Shown: piece after piece, positions 55,352 through 63,511 of the stretch
Layout: each line of letters starts with the position of its first letter
How positions within the stretch are numbered: position 1 is the first letter of the stretch
NCBI GenBank assembly: GCA_028280405.1
Contig: JANQLW010000016.1
Span: 11,119 to 75,118, forward strand
DNA: 64,000 bases
Origin: Bacteroidales bacterium
GTDB lineage: Bacteria; Bacteroidota; Bacteroidia; Bacteroidales; GCA-2711565
Reading direction: 5' to 3'
Notes under the pieces: generated by a model
The model's database searches: none
Seen by the model: only the letters and a program-made list of their open reading frames with translations
What the model was told of the DNA's origin: nothing
Position numbers and translations under genes: made by a program

Positions 55352-55378
55352 GTGTTACGTTTATGGGATTGGTGACAC
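55352..55378. promoter_or_regulatory. Candidate NikR operator GTGTTAC-N13-GTGACAC
   Basis: An inverted repeat (one mismatch from perfect) starts 4 nt upstream of the nikR ATG. It has the same half-site and spacing as the GTGTTAC-N13/14-GTAACAC NikR signal that I recall from comparative genomics of non-enterobacterial NikR regulons. Confidence 0.55.
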
Positions 55379-55532
55379 AAATGTAAATATAATTTTTATA
55401 GAGATAACAATTAGATTTGATTCTTTTGGTATTTATTTTTGATATAAATAAGAGTGGGGTGACACCCATTGGGGCGTCGCCCTGAAGGGCATCACCCCTA
55501 TATTCTTTTTTCTTAAATTTGTCAAAAAAACT

Positions 55533-56309
55533 TTGAATCATAGATACTTCATACATCTGGCATACAACGGGACTGATTTTCATGGTTGGCAAGTTCAGGA
55601 TAATGCACCAACTATTCAGGAAACTGTTAATAAAGCATTATCTACTTTATTAGGTAAAGGAATTAATGTAATTGGATGTGGCAGAACAGATACTGGTGTT
55701 CATGCTTCTGATTTTTATGCTCATTTTGATTGGAATTATAAGTTTTCTGAAAAGAAACTAAATGATTTGGTATTTAAACTCAACAGGTTCTTGCCTAATG
55801 CGATTTTAATTTTTGATATAAAAGAAGTAAAACCTGAAGTTAACTCAAGATTCGATGCTGTATCCAGAACTTACAAATATTATGTAAACAGAAGGAAAGA
55901 TCCTTTTAATGAAGATCTCTCTTTCTATATTTATGGAGAACTTAATGTAGAAAAAATGAATTTGGCTGCTCAGAAAATGATGCAATTCACTGATTTCACT
56001 TCTTTCTCAAAATTACATACACAAACCAAAACCAATCATTGTAAAATTACCTATGCAAAATGGGAAGAAAAAGAACATCAACTCATCTTCACCATTACTG
56101 CTGACCGTTTTTTAAGAAATATGGTCAGAGCAATTGTTGGAACTTTACTGGATGTTGGTAAAGGAAAACTTTCTATAGAGGATTTTATTCAAATTATTGA
56201 AAATAAGAATCGTTGTGATGCCGGATATTCAGTGCCCGGTAAGGCATTGTTTCTTCATAAAGTTAATTACCCGGAAGATATTTGGAATATAGATAAGGTG
56301 ACACCTTAA
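55533..56309 (+). CDS. truA: tRNA pseudouridine(38-40) synthase
   Basis: 258 aa with RYFIHLAYNGTDFHGWQVQ and the catalytic GCGRTDTGVHA motif. TTG start in the track. Confidence 0.9.
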   Translation: MNHRYFIHLAYNGTDFHGWQVQDNAPTIQETVNKALSTLLGKGINVIGCGRTDTGVHASDFYAHFDWNYKFSEKKLNDLVFKLNRFLPNAILIFDIKEVKPEVNSRFDAVSRTYKYYVNRRKDPFNEDLSFYIYGELNVEKMNLAAQKMMQFTDFTSFSKLHTQTKTNHCKITYAKWEEKEHQLIFTITADRFLRNMVRAIVGTLLDVGKGKLSIEDFIQIIENKNRCDAGYSVPGKALFLHKVNYPEDIWNIDKVTP

Positions 56310-56326
56310 GGTGTCACCTTATCTAT
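56289..56326. terminator. 38-bp perfect palindrome spanning the convergent truA and transketolase stop codons
   Basis: ATAGATAAGGTGACACCTT|AAGGTGTCACCTTATCTAT. As RNA this gives a 17-bp stem with a UUAA loop on either strand. Both genes read ATA GAT AAG GTG ACA CCT TAA through their own arm. Confidence 0.6.
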
Positions 56327-57268
56327 GTAAAATTTTACAATAGCTTCTGTAAAGACTTCGGCTTTCAATCCATATTTTAACATCAATTCTTCAGGTTCTC
56401 CCGATTCCCCAAAACAATTATTTATGCCTATCATTTTAACAGGGCAGGGGGCATGTTGAGAAACTATTTCTGCTACAGCACTGCCAAAACCACCATGAGT
56501 TTGATGTTCTTCCAAAGTAACAATTTTCCCGGTTTCTTTAGCTGCTTTAATAATTGCATCTTTATCAATAGGTTTAATAGTATGAATATTTAATACTCTG
56601 GCATTAATTCCTTTTTGTTTTAGCATATTTGCAGACTGTATAGCTTCCCAAACCATATGGCCGGTAGCAGCTAAAGTTAAATCATTCCCTTCAATTAAAG
56701 TTTGAGCTTTTCCGGGAGTAAAATTAAATTCATCAGGAATAAAATCAGGAACCGGTGCTCTTCCAAATCTTAAGTATACGGGACTATTTAGTTTTTCAAC
56801 AGCTGCTATTAATGCTTGTTCTGTTTGAGTTGCATCACATGGCGACAATACCGTCATATTGGGTAATGAACGCATAATGGCCAGGTCCTCTAATGCCTGA
56901 TGAGTCGCTCCATCAGGGCCAACAGAAATGCCTGCATGGGCTCCTCCAATAATGGCATGTACATTATTATAGCATAATGAGATCCTGATTTGATCGGTTG
57001 TCCTTAGTGCTGCAAAAACACCATAAGTGCTGAATACCGGTATCTTCCCACTTAGTCCCAATCCGGCTGCTACTCCTATACAATTTTGTTCGGCAATTCC
57101 TAATGATAAAAATCGGCTAGGAAATTTATCTGCAAAATAATTTATACCTACAGAGGCAGTAATATCCGCTCCTAAAGCTATGATTTGATCATTACTTGTT
57201 CCGGCTTTAAGTAATCCTTTACCAAAACCTTCCTTGGTTGCTATATTGCCTCTATTGATATATTTCAT
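56306..57268 (-). CDS. Transketolase, C-terminal (pyrimidine-binding) subunit
   Basis: 320 aa with the split-transketolase architecture and 1-nt coupling to the N-terminal subunit gene. Confidence 0.95.
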   Translation of the reverse strand: MKYINRGNIATKEGFGKGLLKAGTSNDQIIALGADITASVGINYFADKFPSRFLSLGIAEQNCIGVAAGLGLSGKIPVFSTYGVFAALRTTDQIRISLCYNNVHAIIGGAHAGISVGPDGATHQALEDLAIMRSLPNMTVLSPCDATQTEQALIAAVEKLNSPVYLRFGRAPVPDFIPDEFNFTPGKAQTLIEGNDLTLAATGHMVWEAIQSANMLKQKGINARVLNIHTIKPIDKDAIIKAAKETGKIVTLEEHQTHGGFGSAVAEIVSQHAPCPVKMIGINNCFGESGEPEELMLKYGLKAEVFTEAIVKFYIDKVTP

Positions 57269-58095
57269 TATTCAAGTTCTTTAAGAAAGGTTTCTAATTC
57301 TTCTTTGGAAGGAGCTTTACCATGCCATTGATAATTGTTCTCAATACTTTTAATCCCTTTTCCCATTAGTGTATGTGCAATAACCAAGCTTGGAAAGTTT
57401 TCTGATTGCTTAGCTTTTTCTATTGTAGAAATAAATTCTTCTATATTGTTGCCATCACATTCTAATACAGCCCATCCAAAAGATGTCCACTTATCCTGAA
57501 GTGGTTCCAGTTTCATTACATCTTCAGTTTTTCCATCAATTTGAAGGTAGTTTCTGTCAATGATAGTAATAAGATTATTTAGTTTATAATGAGATGCGCT
57601 CATGGCCGCTTCCCAAATACTTCCCTCCTGAAGTTCTCCGTCTCCGCAAATACAAAAAGTATAACGATTTTTTTTATCCAGCTTATCAGCCAGAGCCATA
57701 CCAACAGCAACAGATAATCCCTGGCCCAGAGAACCTGCCGATAATTCCAGTCCCGGCAATCCATGATCTCTACCCGGATGGCCTTGTAGCCTGCTGCCCA
57801 GTTTTCGTAAAGTCATTAATTCACTTACAGGAAAATATCCGGCCTCTGCTAAAGTAGCATATAATACAGGTGCTACATGCCCTATGGATAAAATTAAACG
57901 ATCCCGTTCATTCCAATCAGGTTTTTCAGGATCATGATTAAGAATGTTAAAATATAATGCTGTAAATACATCTGTCAGACCCAGTGAACCACCACTATGT
58001 CCTGATCCGGCTTCTGACAAACTTTTTAAAATGTTTTTTCGAATAGAATTTGCAATGCTTTCTAATTCACCTACTGAATTGATTTTCTGATGCAT
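57268..58095 (-). CDS. Transketolase, N-terminal (TPP-binding) subunit
   Basis: 275 aa with the motifs SGHSGGSLG and the TPP-binding GDGELQEGSIWEA. Confidence 0.95.
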   Translation of the reverse strand: MHQKINSVGELESIANSIRKNILKSLSEAGSGHSGGSLGLTDVFTALYFNILNHDPEKPDWNERDRLILSIGHVAPVLYATLAEAGYFPVSELMTLRKLGSRLQGHPGRDHGLPGLELSAGSLGQGLSVAVGMALADKLDKKNRYTFCICGDGELQEGSIWEAAMSASHYKLNNLITIIDRNYLQIDGKTEDVMKLEPLQDKWTSFGWAVLECDGNNIEEFISTIEKAKQSENFPSLVIAHTLMGKGIKSIENNYQWHGKAPSKEELETFLKELE

Positions 58096-58105
58096 AAATC
58101 AATTG

Positions 58106-58618
58106 TTAAAATAAAGATGCAATATAATTATAGGATTCTTTTATAAAATAAAAGGCTGCAATAAATGAATATACCAGTTTCATCATGGTACCGGCAAGAA
58201 ATCCAACAAATGATCCGAATGCAGCACGCGTTGCCTCTCTGGAATCTTTTCCACTCATTGATTCTCCAATATATGCTCCAATAAATGGCCCTAATAGAAT
58301 ACTTACAATCCCAAAGGGGCCAAGGGGCAAGAAAAACATTCCAATAATGAGTCCGATGGTGCTGCCCCACACGCCTTTTTTCGTTCCTCCGAATTTTTTA
58401 GTTCCCCATATAGGGACAATATAATCCAATACGGTGACACCTGCAGCAATAAGTCCCATGATAACCATAAATTCTTCATTGAATGGAGTATCTTCAGTAA
58501 GCTGCATGACCAATAATGCTGCAAAGCTTACAATGGGCCCCGGAATGCCAGGAACAATAGCTCCTATAATTCCAATGAGAACCAAAACCAAACCGAGTAA
58601 AATCCAAAATATATCCAT
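58106..58618 (-). CDS. DUF456-family membrane protein
   Basis: 170 aa with 4 TM helices and N-terminal LIGIIGAIVPGIPGP, typical of DUF456. Confidence 0.7.
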   Translation of the reverse strand: MDIFWILLGLVLVLIGIIGAIVPGIPGPIVSFAALLVMQLTEDTPFNEEFMVIMGLIAAGVTVLDYIVPIWGTKKFGGTKKGVWGSTIGLIIGMFFLPLGPFGIVSILLGPFIGAYIGESMSGKDSREATRAAFGSFVGFLAGTMMKLVYSFIAAFYFIKESYNYIASLF

Positions 58619-58713
58619 AGTTAATTATTTAAAGGATAAAAATAGTTATTTAAAAAGAAATCCTGATAGCTTATCATTTAGTTTTCGGTGAATAAAGAAA
58701 TTTAAGGGGTGAA

Positions 58714-59124
58714 TTATTTTATATAAAATTTATTTTCTAAAAAACATTTAATCCCTGTTTCGCTTGCGTCGAAATGAGGTTGGGGTAAATTGTTAGGATC
58801 TTCCCAACTCCAGCCTTCACATTTTTCAGGTTCGCAAAGCTCAGGTTCTCCTTTAAACACTTCACAATAGAGTATTACAGATACATAATGAATATTTTCC
58901 AGCTCAAAAGTTCTCAAATTATTTGTAATCGATATCACCTTTGGATTTGAAATTCTTATTCTGGTTTCTTCATAAATTTCCCGAATAGCTGCATCTTCAA
59001 ATGATTCTCCTTCCTCTAAATGCCCTCCGGGAATTGAATAATAAGGCGCATGTGAATTTTTCCGCTTTCCAATTAATACTTTTCCGTTTCTAAATAATAT
59101 AACTCCAATTCCAACTTTAACCAT
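58714..59124 (-). CDS. NUDIX hydrolase
   Basis: 136 aa with Nudix box GGHLEEGESFEDAAIREIYEETRI. Confidence 0.85.
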   Translation of the reverse strand: MVKVGIGVILFRNGKVLIGKRKNSHAPYYSIPGGHLEEGESFEDAAIREIYEETRIRISNPKVISITNNLRTFELENIHYVSVILYCEVFKGEPELCEPEKCEGWSWEDPNNLPQPHFDASETGIKCFLENKFYIK

Positions 59125-59145
59125 ATACCCAGAATGACAAGTCTA

Positions 59146-59883
59146 TTAAACAATTTTTTTTATTATTTTATTAATAATTTCTGTAGCTTTTCCCTGCAAA
59201 AAGATATCTGTTATACTGTGTGTAAATTTTGAAGTCTCCGGATTAATTTCAATAATTGTAGCTCCCGAATCTTTAGCTAATAAAGGTAATTGGCAGGCAG
59301 GCATTACTTCACCTGTAGTTCCTATGACGATCATTGCTTCAGAATTTTTAGCTGCATTGATCGATTTTTGATATGCAAGAGGAGGAATGCCTTCTCCAAA
59401 GAAAATAAAATCTGGTTTTAACAGACTTTTACATTTAGGACAAAGCACAGGCATTCGACTCATATCAATATGCTCAGCTTTATCTTTAAATGAACAGGAA
59501 GTACAAACCAGCATATTTGAATTGCCATGAAATTCATGTACTATGCTACTTCCTCCTTCCTGATGTAAGTTGTCAATATTTTGGGTGATTACTTCTTTTA
59601 ATAAACCTTTTTTTTCTAAAATACCTAAACCAATATGAGCATCATTTGCCTTTGCTTTTCCAAAGAAATCATAGAAAATTTCTTTTACAACAGTCCAGGA
59701 TTCCTTAGGAGATGAATAAAAATAATTCAGGTCTAAAACTTGTGGGTCATATTTACTCCACAGGCCTGTTTCTCCTCTAAAAGGAGGAATCCCACTTTCA
59801 ACAGAAATACCTGCCCCGGTAAATGCCGTAGTGTATTTAGATTTTTTAATGACTTTTACAGCCGAGTCTATGAGTGTGTCCAT
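59146..59883 (-). CDS. cobB: NAD-dependent protein deacylase (Sir2/CobB family)
   Basis: I prefer the Met at 59883 (MDTLIDSAVKV...) over the track start at 59952. Motifs: GAGISVESGIPPFRG, QNIDNLH, Zn ribbon CTSC...CPKC, and GTTGEV. Confidence 0.85.
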   Translation of the reverse strand: MDTLIDSAVKVIKKSKYTTAFTGAGISVESGIPPFRGETGLWSKYDPQVLDLNYFYSSPKESWTVVKEIFYDFFGKAKANDAHIGLGILEKKGLLKEVITQNIDNLHQEGGSSIVHEFHGNSNMLVCTSCSFKDKAEHIDMSRMPVLCPKCKSLLKPDFIFFGEGIPPLAYQKSINAAKNSEAMIVIGTTGEVMPACQLPLLAKDSGATIIEINPETSKFTHSITDIFLQGKATEIINKIIKKIV

Positions 59884-59939
59884 ATCATCAGGTTTGGTAG
59901 ACGAATAAAGATAGTAAAAGTTTAGTTTTAAAAATGAGG

Positions 59940-60764
59940 TTATACAGTCCACTTTTTAAAACGATCGGAAATAAAATCAATGATGGCATCATTTTCAATT
60001 TTCCCATTTCCAGTAATACTCACGCCCGGTTTAAATTCCATGTGTATAACCTTTTTTCGGTTTAACGGCCCAAGGTCTTTTATAAACCTGCTGTTCCCCC
60101 AAAAATCTGTTTTTATAGCAATGGGTACAATTTTTACCCCTGCTTTTTTTGCAAGTTTTACACCTAATGAATTGAATTCGGAAGGATTTAATACAGTTTT
60201 ACGTGTACTTTGCGGGAAAATAATGATAGATCGTCCGCTCTTTAAAATTTCTTTTCCTTCAAGTAAAACCTTCATTAGGTCTTCCCTCGAATTTTCTCTG
60301 CTCACAACGATTGGCTCTCTGGATCTCATAATTGGCCCGAAAAAGGGATAATTGATCAGGCTTTCTTTGACAACAAAAGTAACATCCATTTTCGGGGCAA
60401 TGATGCCGGGGAAAATCATAGTCTCCAATGCACTCATATGGTTACTTATAAAAACGTAAGGACCTCCCTTAGGATCAATATTGTCCAAGCCTTCTAAATG
60501 GAACTTCCCTCCACAATTTTCAATAATGTCAAATATTTCATGTGATGATTCATACCAGGCTTTGGTATCATAGGTACCATTTAAGGCTTTCTTTCTACTT
60601 CTTAAAACAACACCGAAGTACTTATATAAAAAGTACAAACGGCTATTGAATAAAAGTTTATCAAACAAGGCTCTTTTATGAGAAGGGGATGTATAATAAT
60701 TACTGTTTGTAATGAATGCTCTTTCCAATGTTTCAGATTTTTTACAAAAATATAAAAAAAGCAT
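59940..60764 (-). CDS. Lysophospholipid (1-acyl-sn-glycerol-3-phosphate) acyltransferase family protein
   Basis: 274 aa with an acyltransferase HX4D/E-type motif (SNHMSALE) and the IFPQSTR block. Confidence 0.8.
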   Translation of the reverse strand: MLFLYFCKKSETLERAFITNSNYYTSPSHKRALFDKLLFNSRLYFLYKYFGVVLRSRKKALNGTYDTKAWYESSHEIFDIIENCGGKFHLEGLDNIDPKGGPYVFISNHMSALETMIFPGIIAPKMDVTFVVKESLINYPFFGPIMRSREPIVVSRENSREDLMKVLLEGKEILKSGRSIIIFPQSTRKTVLNPSEFNSLGVKLAKKAGVKIVPIAIKTDFWGNSRFIKDLGPLNRKKVIHMEFKPGVSITGNGKIENDAIIDFISDRFKKWTV

Positions 60765-60997
60765 CTGGCGTATTTCGGATACCTTGAATCTTTTTAGATA
60801 TAAAAACCAGATATATTAAAATTATGTATTTGTTAAGATTTGGATGGGTATGACCGTATATATATGTTTGAAGTTAATAATATTCATGTACGGGCAAACT
60901 ATCCCAAACCCTGAGATTGAAAAGAAAATATATAATGAAGATGTATTCATTACTAATAAATTATATTTTTGCAGTTAAGGATAATTAAAAATTCGAA

Positions 60998-61831
60998 ATG
61001 ATGAAAAGGAAAAGCACTTTGATTGTTGTTTTGACATTGCTTATTAGCAGTTTTACTTTTGCTAAAAACCCGGTTATTAATTGTTTTTACCAGAAGGAAA
61101 AATTTGTGATAGATGGTAAGTCTGATGATTGGGGAAATATGGCTATTTATGATAAAGGAACTGCTGTCGTTACAAATATGTCGAATGATGAAGAATATCT
61201 TTATATAAAAATCAGAATTGGAAGTTCAGGGCCTATTCAACGAATATTTATGGGAGGTATGACTCTTTGGTTTGATCCGAAGGGAAAAAAGAAATGTGTG
61301 AAAGGGTTAGCTTTTCCATTAAAGGAAGATTTTGAGACTTTTATTACAGCTCAAAAGCAACTGAAAAAAAATAATACAAATAGGGAAAGAGCTCAAAAGC
61401 TTATGAATAAAAGGCTGGATGTATTTAACCAGAAGTATAAAGCCGGATTGGGTTCTATGAGTATGATTGATGAAAAAAGAGAATCTTATCATTTCGAAGC
61501 CAGCAATTTAAATAAAACGGGGTTGAGTGCAATACTTTATCTCAAGTCTTATGATTTATTATTTTATGAAGCCAGAATTCCCTTGAACCTGATTTTTGAA
61601 GACAAACAGAAATTTTTAAGTGGGAAAAAAGCTTTTAGTTACGGATTTGAATTTGGAGGTTTTGAAATTGAAGAAATGCGGGAAGAAGCAAGAAAGATGT
61701 CAAATCAGATGACTTCATCTGCATATGGGAACAGATCAAGGCAAAGAATGCAGTCACATATGCTTGATTCATATGGGATCATTCATTCCCTTAAAGTATG
61801 GTATAAAAAAGTTTATTTAGCGGTTCAATAA
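60998..61831 (+). CDS. Hypothetical secreted protein (277 aa)
   Basis: Signal peptide (KSTLIVVLTLLISSFTFA). I recognise no family. Confidence 0.5.
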   Translation: MMKRKSTLIVVLTLLISSFTFAKNPVINCFYQKEKFVIDGKSDDWGNMAIYDKGTAVVTNMSNDEEYLYIKIRIGSSGPIQRIFMGGMTLWFDPKGKKKCVKGLAFPLKEDFETFITAQKQLKKNNTNRERAQKLMNKRLDVFNQKYKAGLGSMSMIDEKRESYHFEASNLNKTGLSAILYLKSYDLLFYEARIPLNLIFEDKQKFLSGKKAFSYGFEFGGFEIEEMREEARKMSNQMTSSAYGNRSRQRMQSHMLDSYGIIHSLKVWYKKVYLAVQ

Positions 61832-62044
61832 CACTGATCCTTTAGAACGCTGGTTTATAAAGCAAAATATAACTAAAGCCCTTCAGAAATCTTTTTCTTA
61901 TTCTGACCTACATGGCAATTCTCTGATGACCGGGACGCTTTCCCAATGTAAGCAAAAGGAACGACTGAGGCGACGAAACCTCAGCCGAACAAGGGTCGCT
62001 CAAGGGAGCCGCGTGCATTGTTTTGGGAATATATCTATCATTTA

Positions 62045-63322
62045 TTATTCTTTTGTATTTTTTTCATATAAAATCAGCATGTCTATTTCCCGTTCGGTAT
62101 CCACTACTTTAAATCCAAGTTTTTCGAGCTCTACATAGAAACTATTACGATCTTCCGGATAGGCTGCTATTTCAATATCATATTTTCCTGTTAAGCCGGT
62201 TTCATCGAGAACCGGTATCCGGGCAATAAAAGATTCCAGATAATTAGCTAATTGAGAAACAGCTACATTAGAATACTTTATTCCTGAGCCTCCCATGCCT
62301 CCGGTTGTTTTTGAATTGGGATCAGCTTCTTTCAAACCCAATGGCCTGTTATTTCTTTTCAAAATTTTCACAGCAACCTTTCGTTTCTCTATTCTGGATT
62401 TTAATTCAAAGTTTGCATGTAAATAATTTAACAAGAAATCCATAACTTTTTCCTTTGGATGATTCGGGGCGATGATCTCCAGACAATACGCATGCTCCTT
62501 CCAATCATCACCTATATACTTATCCTTATCGGCCTCCCATACAATTCTGAAGTAGTGATAATCGAATCCTCTGGCAGCTCTATAAAACGATACTAAAGAT
62601 GTATTACGAAGCGTCAACTTCCCATTATGAAAGATTGATCCCAAACCAGGCATTCCTTCCTGGTAAGGGGTAATCATGAATTTAAACAAAGCGTTTTCAT
62701 CCGATATTGGGGCATTGGGATCAAACTTCATCCTATCCCTTTTTTCTTTAATGTCCACTTGCTCTCCGGCCAATATTTTCCGGATCGTTTCAGTATTAAT
62801 TTCCTTAGGGGATGAAACAACTTTGATAATTCCCTCTCTATTAAGCAAAACGGTATGTGGTATGGTCCGGTGCGGAAATTGTTTTCCTATGATCCGGGAC
62901 GTATCAATCACTATGGGTAAAGACAATTCCGACTTTTTAAGAAAACGTTTGATCCGTTCTTCAGTTTCATATGTAATTGTCAGCACTTGGAGATCGTCTT
63001 TGAATTCTTCCTGTAGCTCTTCCAGGTGCGGAAAAGAAACAATACATGAACCGCACCAGGTAGCCCAGAATTCCAGGATGACAATTTTTCCTTTGAAATC
63101 TGAAAGCTTTGCACTTTCTTTTTCGTAATTCAGTATTTTTTCAAAAACCAATTCTTCCACTTTTTCTCCCAGTATGGATTTGGCTTGTTCCGATTGGGCA
63201 TAAAGCGGATTGTAACATATTATCATTATGATAATGCTTCCTAAAAAGATGGAGATCTTAGTATAAAACGGGGAAATAAAGTTTCCCTGCTTTCGTGGTA
63301 TTTTTATATTTATTTTTTTCAT
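62045..63322 (-). CDS. TlpA-like thioredoxin-fold protein fused to a TIGR03435-like C-terminal domain
   Basis: 425 aa with an N-terminal anchor and thioredoxin active site WATWCGSC. The C-terminal half contains ...DETGLTGKYDIEI...ELEKLGFKV, reminiscent of the TIGR03435 'soil-associated' family. Confidence 0.75.
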   Translation of the reverse strand: MKKINIKIPRKQGNFISPFYTKISIFLGSIIIMIICYNPLYAQSEQAKSILGEKVEELVFEKILNYEKESAKLSDFKGKIVILEFWATWCGSCIVSFPHLEELQEEFKDDLQVLTITYETEERIKRFLKKSELSLPIVIDTSRIIGKQFPHRTIPHTVLLNREGIIKVVSSPKEINTETIRKILAGEQVDIKEKRDRMKFDPNAPISDENALFKFMITPYQEGMPGLGSIFHNGKLTLRNTSLVSFYRAARGFDYHYFRIVWEADKDKYIGDDWKEHAYCLEIIAPNHPKEKVMDFLLNYLHANFELKSRIEKRKVAVKILKRNNRPLGLKEADPNSKTTGGMGGSGIKYSNVAVSQLANYLESFIARIPVLDETGLTGKYDIEIAAYPEDRNSFYVELEKLGFKVVDTEREIDMLILYEKNTKE

Positions 63323-63365
63323 GATATATTTTAATTAACAGATAAATGTGCTGAAAAGCAACTTT

Positions 63366-63502
63366 CCTGAGGCTATCCAAAAAGTCAGGGTGTGAATTTA
63401 CTTGCAAAGTTCTTCAAAACATAAAACACATGGATTTAATCAATTAACAATTCACGCCCTGACTAAAAATCAATTTTTCAAGATTTTTTAGACAGCCTCA
63501 GG
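63366..63502. repeat. Nested long-range inverted repeat between the SusD stop and the thioredoxin-gene start
   Basis: The outer arms CCTGAGGCT (63366-74) and AGCCTCAGG (63494-502) pair. The inner arms GTCAGGGTGTGAATT (63384-98) and AATTCACGCCCTGAC (63449-63) pair with one G-U-compatible mismatch. Confidence 0.5.
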
Positions 63503-63511
63503 GTTATAGGA

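Noticed and set aside
55302-55592. 96-aa minus-strand ORF spanning the nikR-truA spacer
   Set aside because: It overlaps the nikR 5' end and the truA start, and it reads through the GC-rich structured element and the NikR box. It has no coding signature.
58714-59883. Sir2 + NUDIX (and the macro domain at 13019) as an NAD-depleting anti-phage defence system
   Set aside because: The Sir2 protein has the full housekeeping CobB architecture (GAGISxxSGIPxFRG, QNID, Zn ribbon, about 245 aa). It has no fused effector or sensor domains and no partner such as HerA, pAgo or a TIR domain. The NUDIX and macro proteins fit ordinary O-acetyl-ADP-ribose turnover.
61923-61979. Hammerhead ribozyme (CUGAUGA at 61923-61929 and CGAAAC at 61974-61979)
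   Set aside because: The nucleotides that should close stem II (C after CUGAUGA, C before GAAA) cannot pair. The 44-nt insert does not form a helix anchored at those positions.
61926-62138. 70-aa plus-strand ORF (MTGTLSQCKQKERLRRRNLSRTRV...)
   Set aside because: It begins in the GC-rich non-coding island and ends antisense to the thioredoxin-fusion gene. It has an implausible composition.
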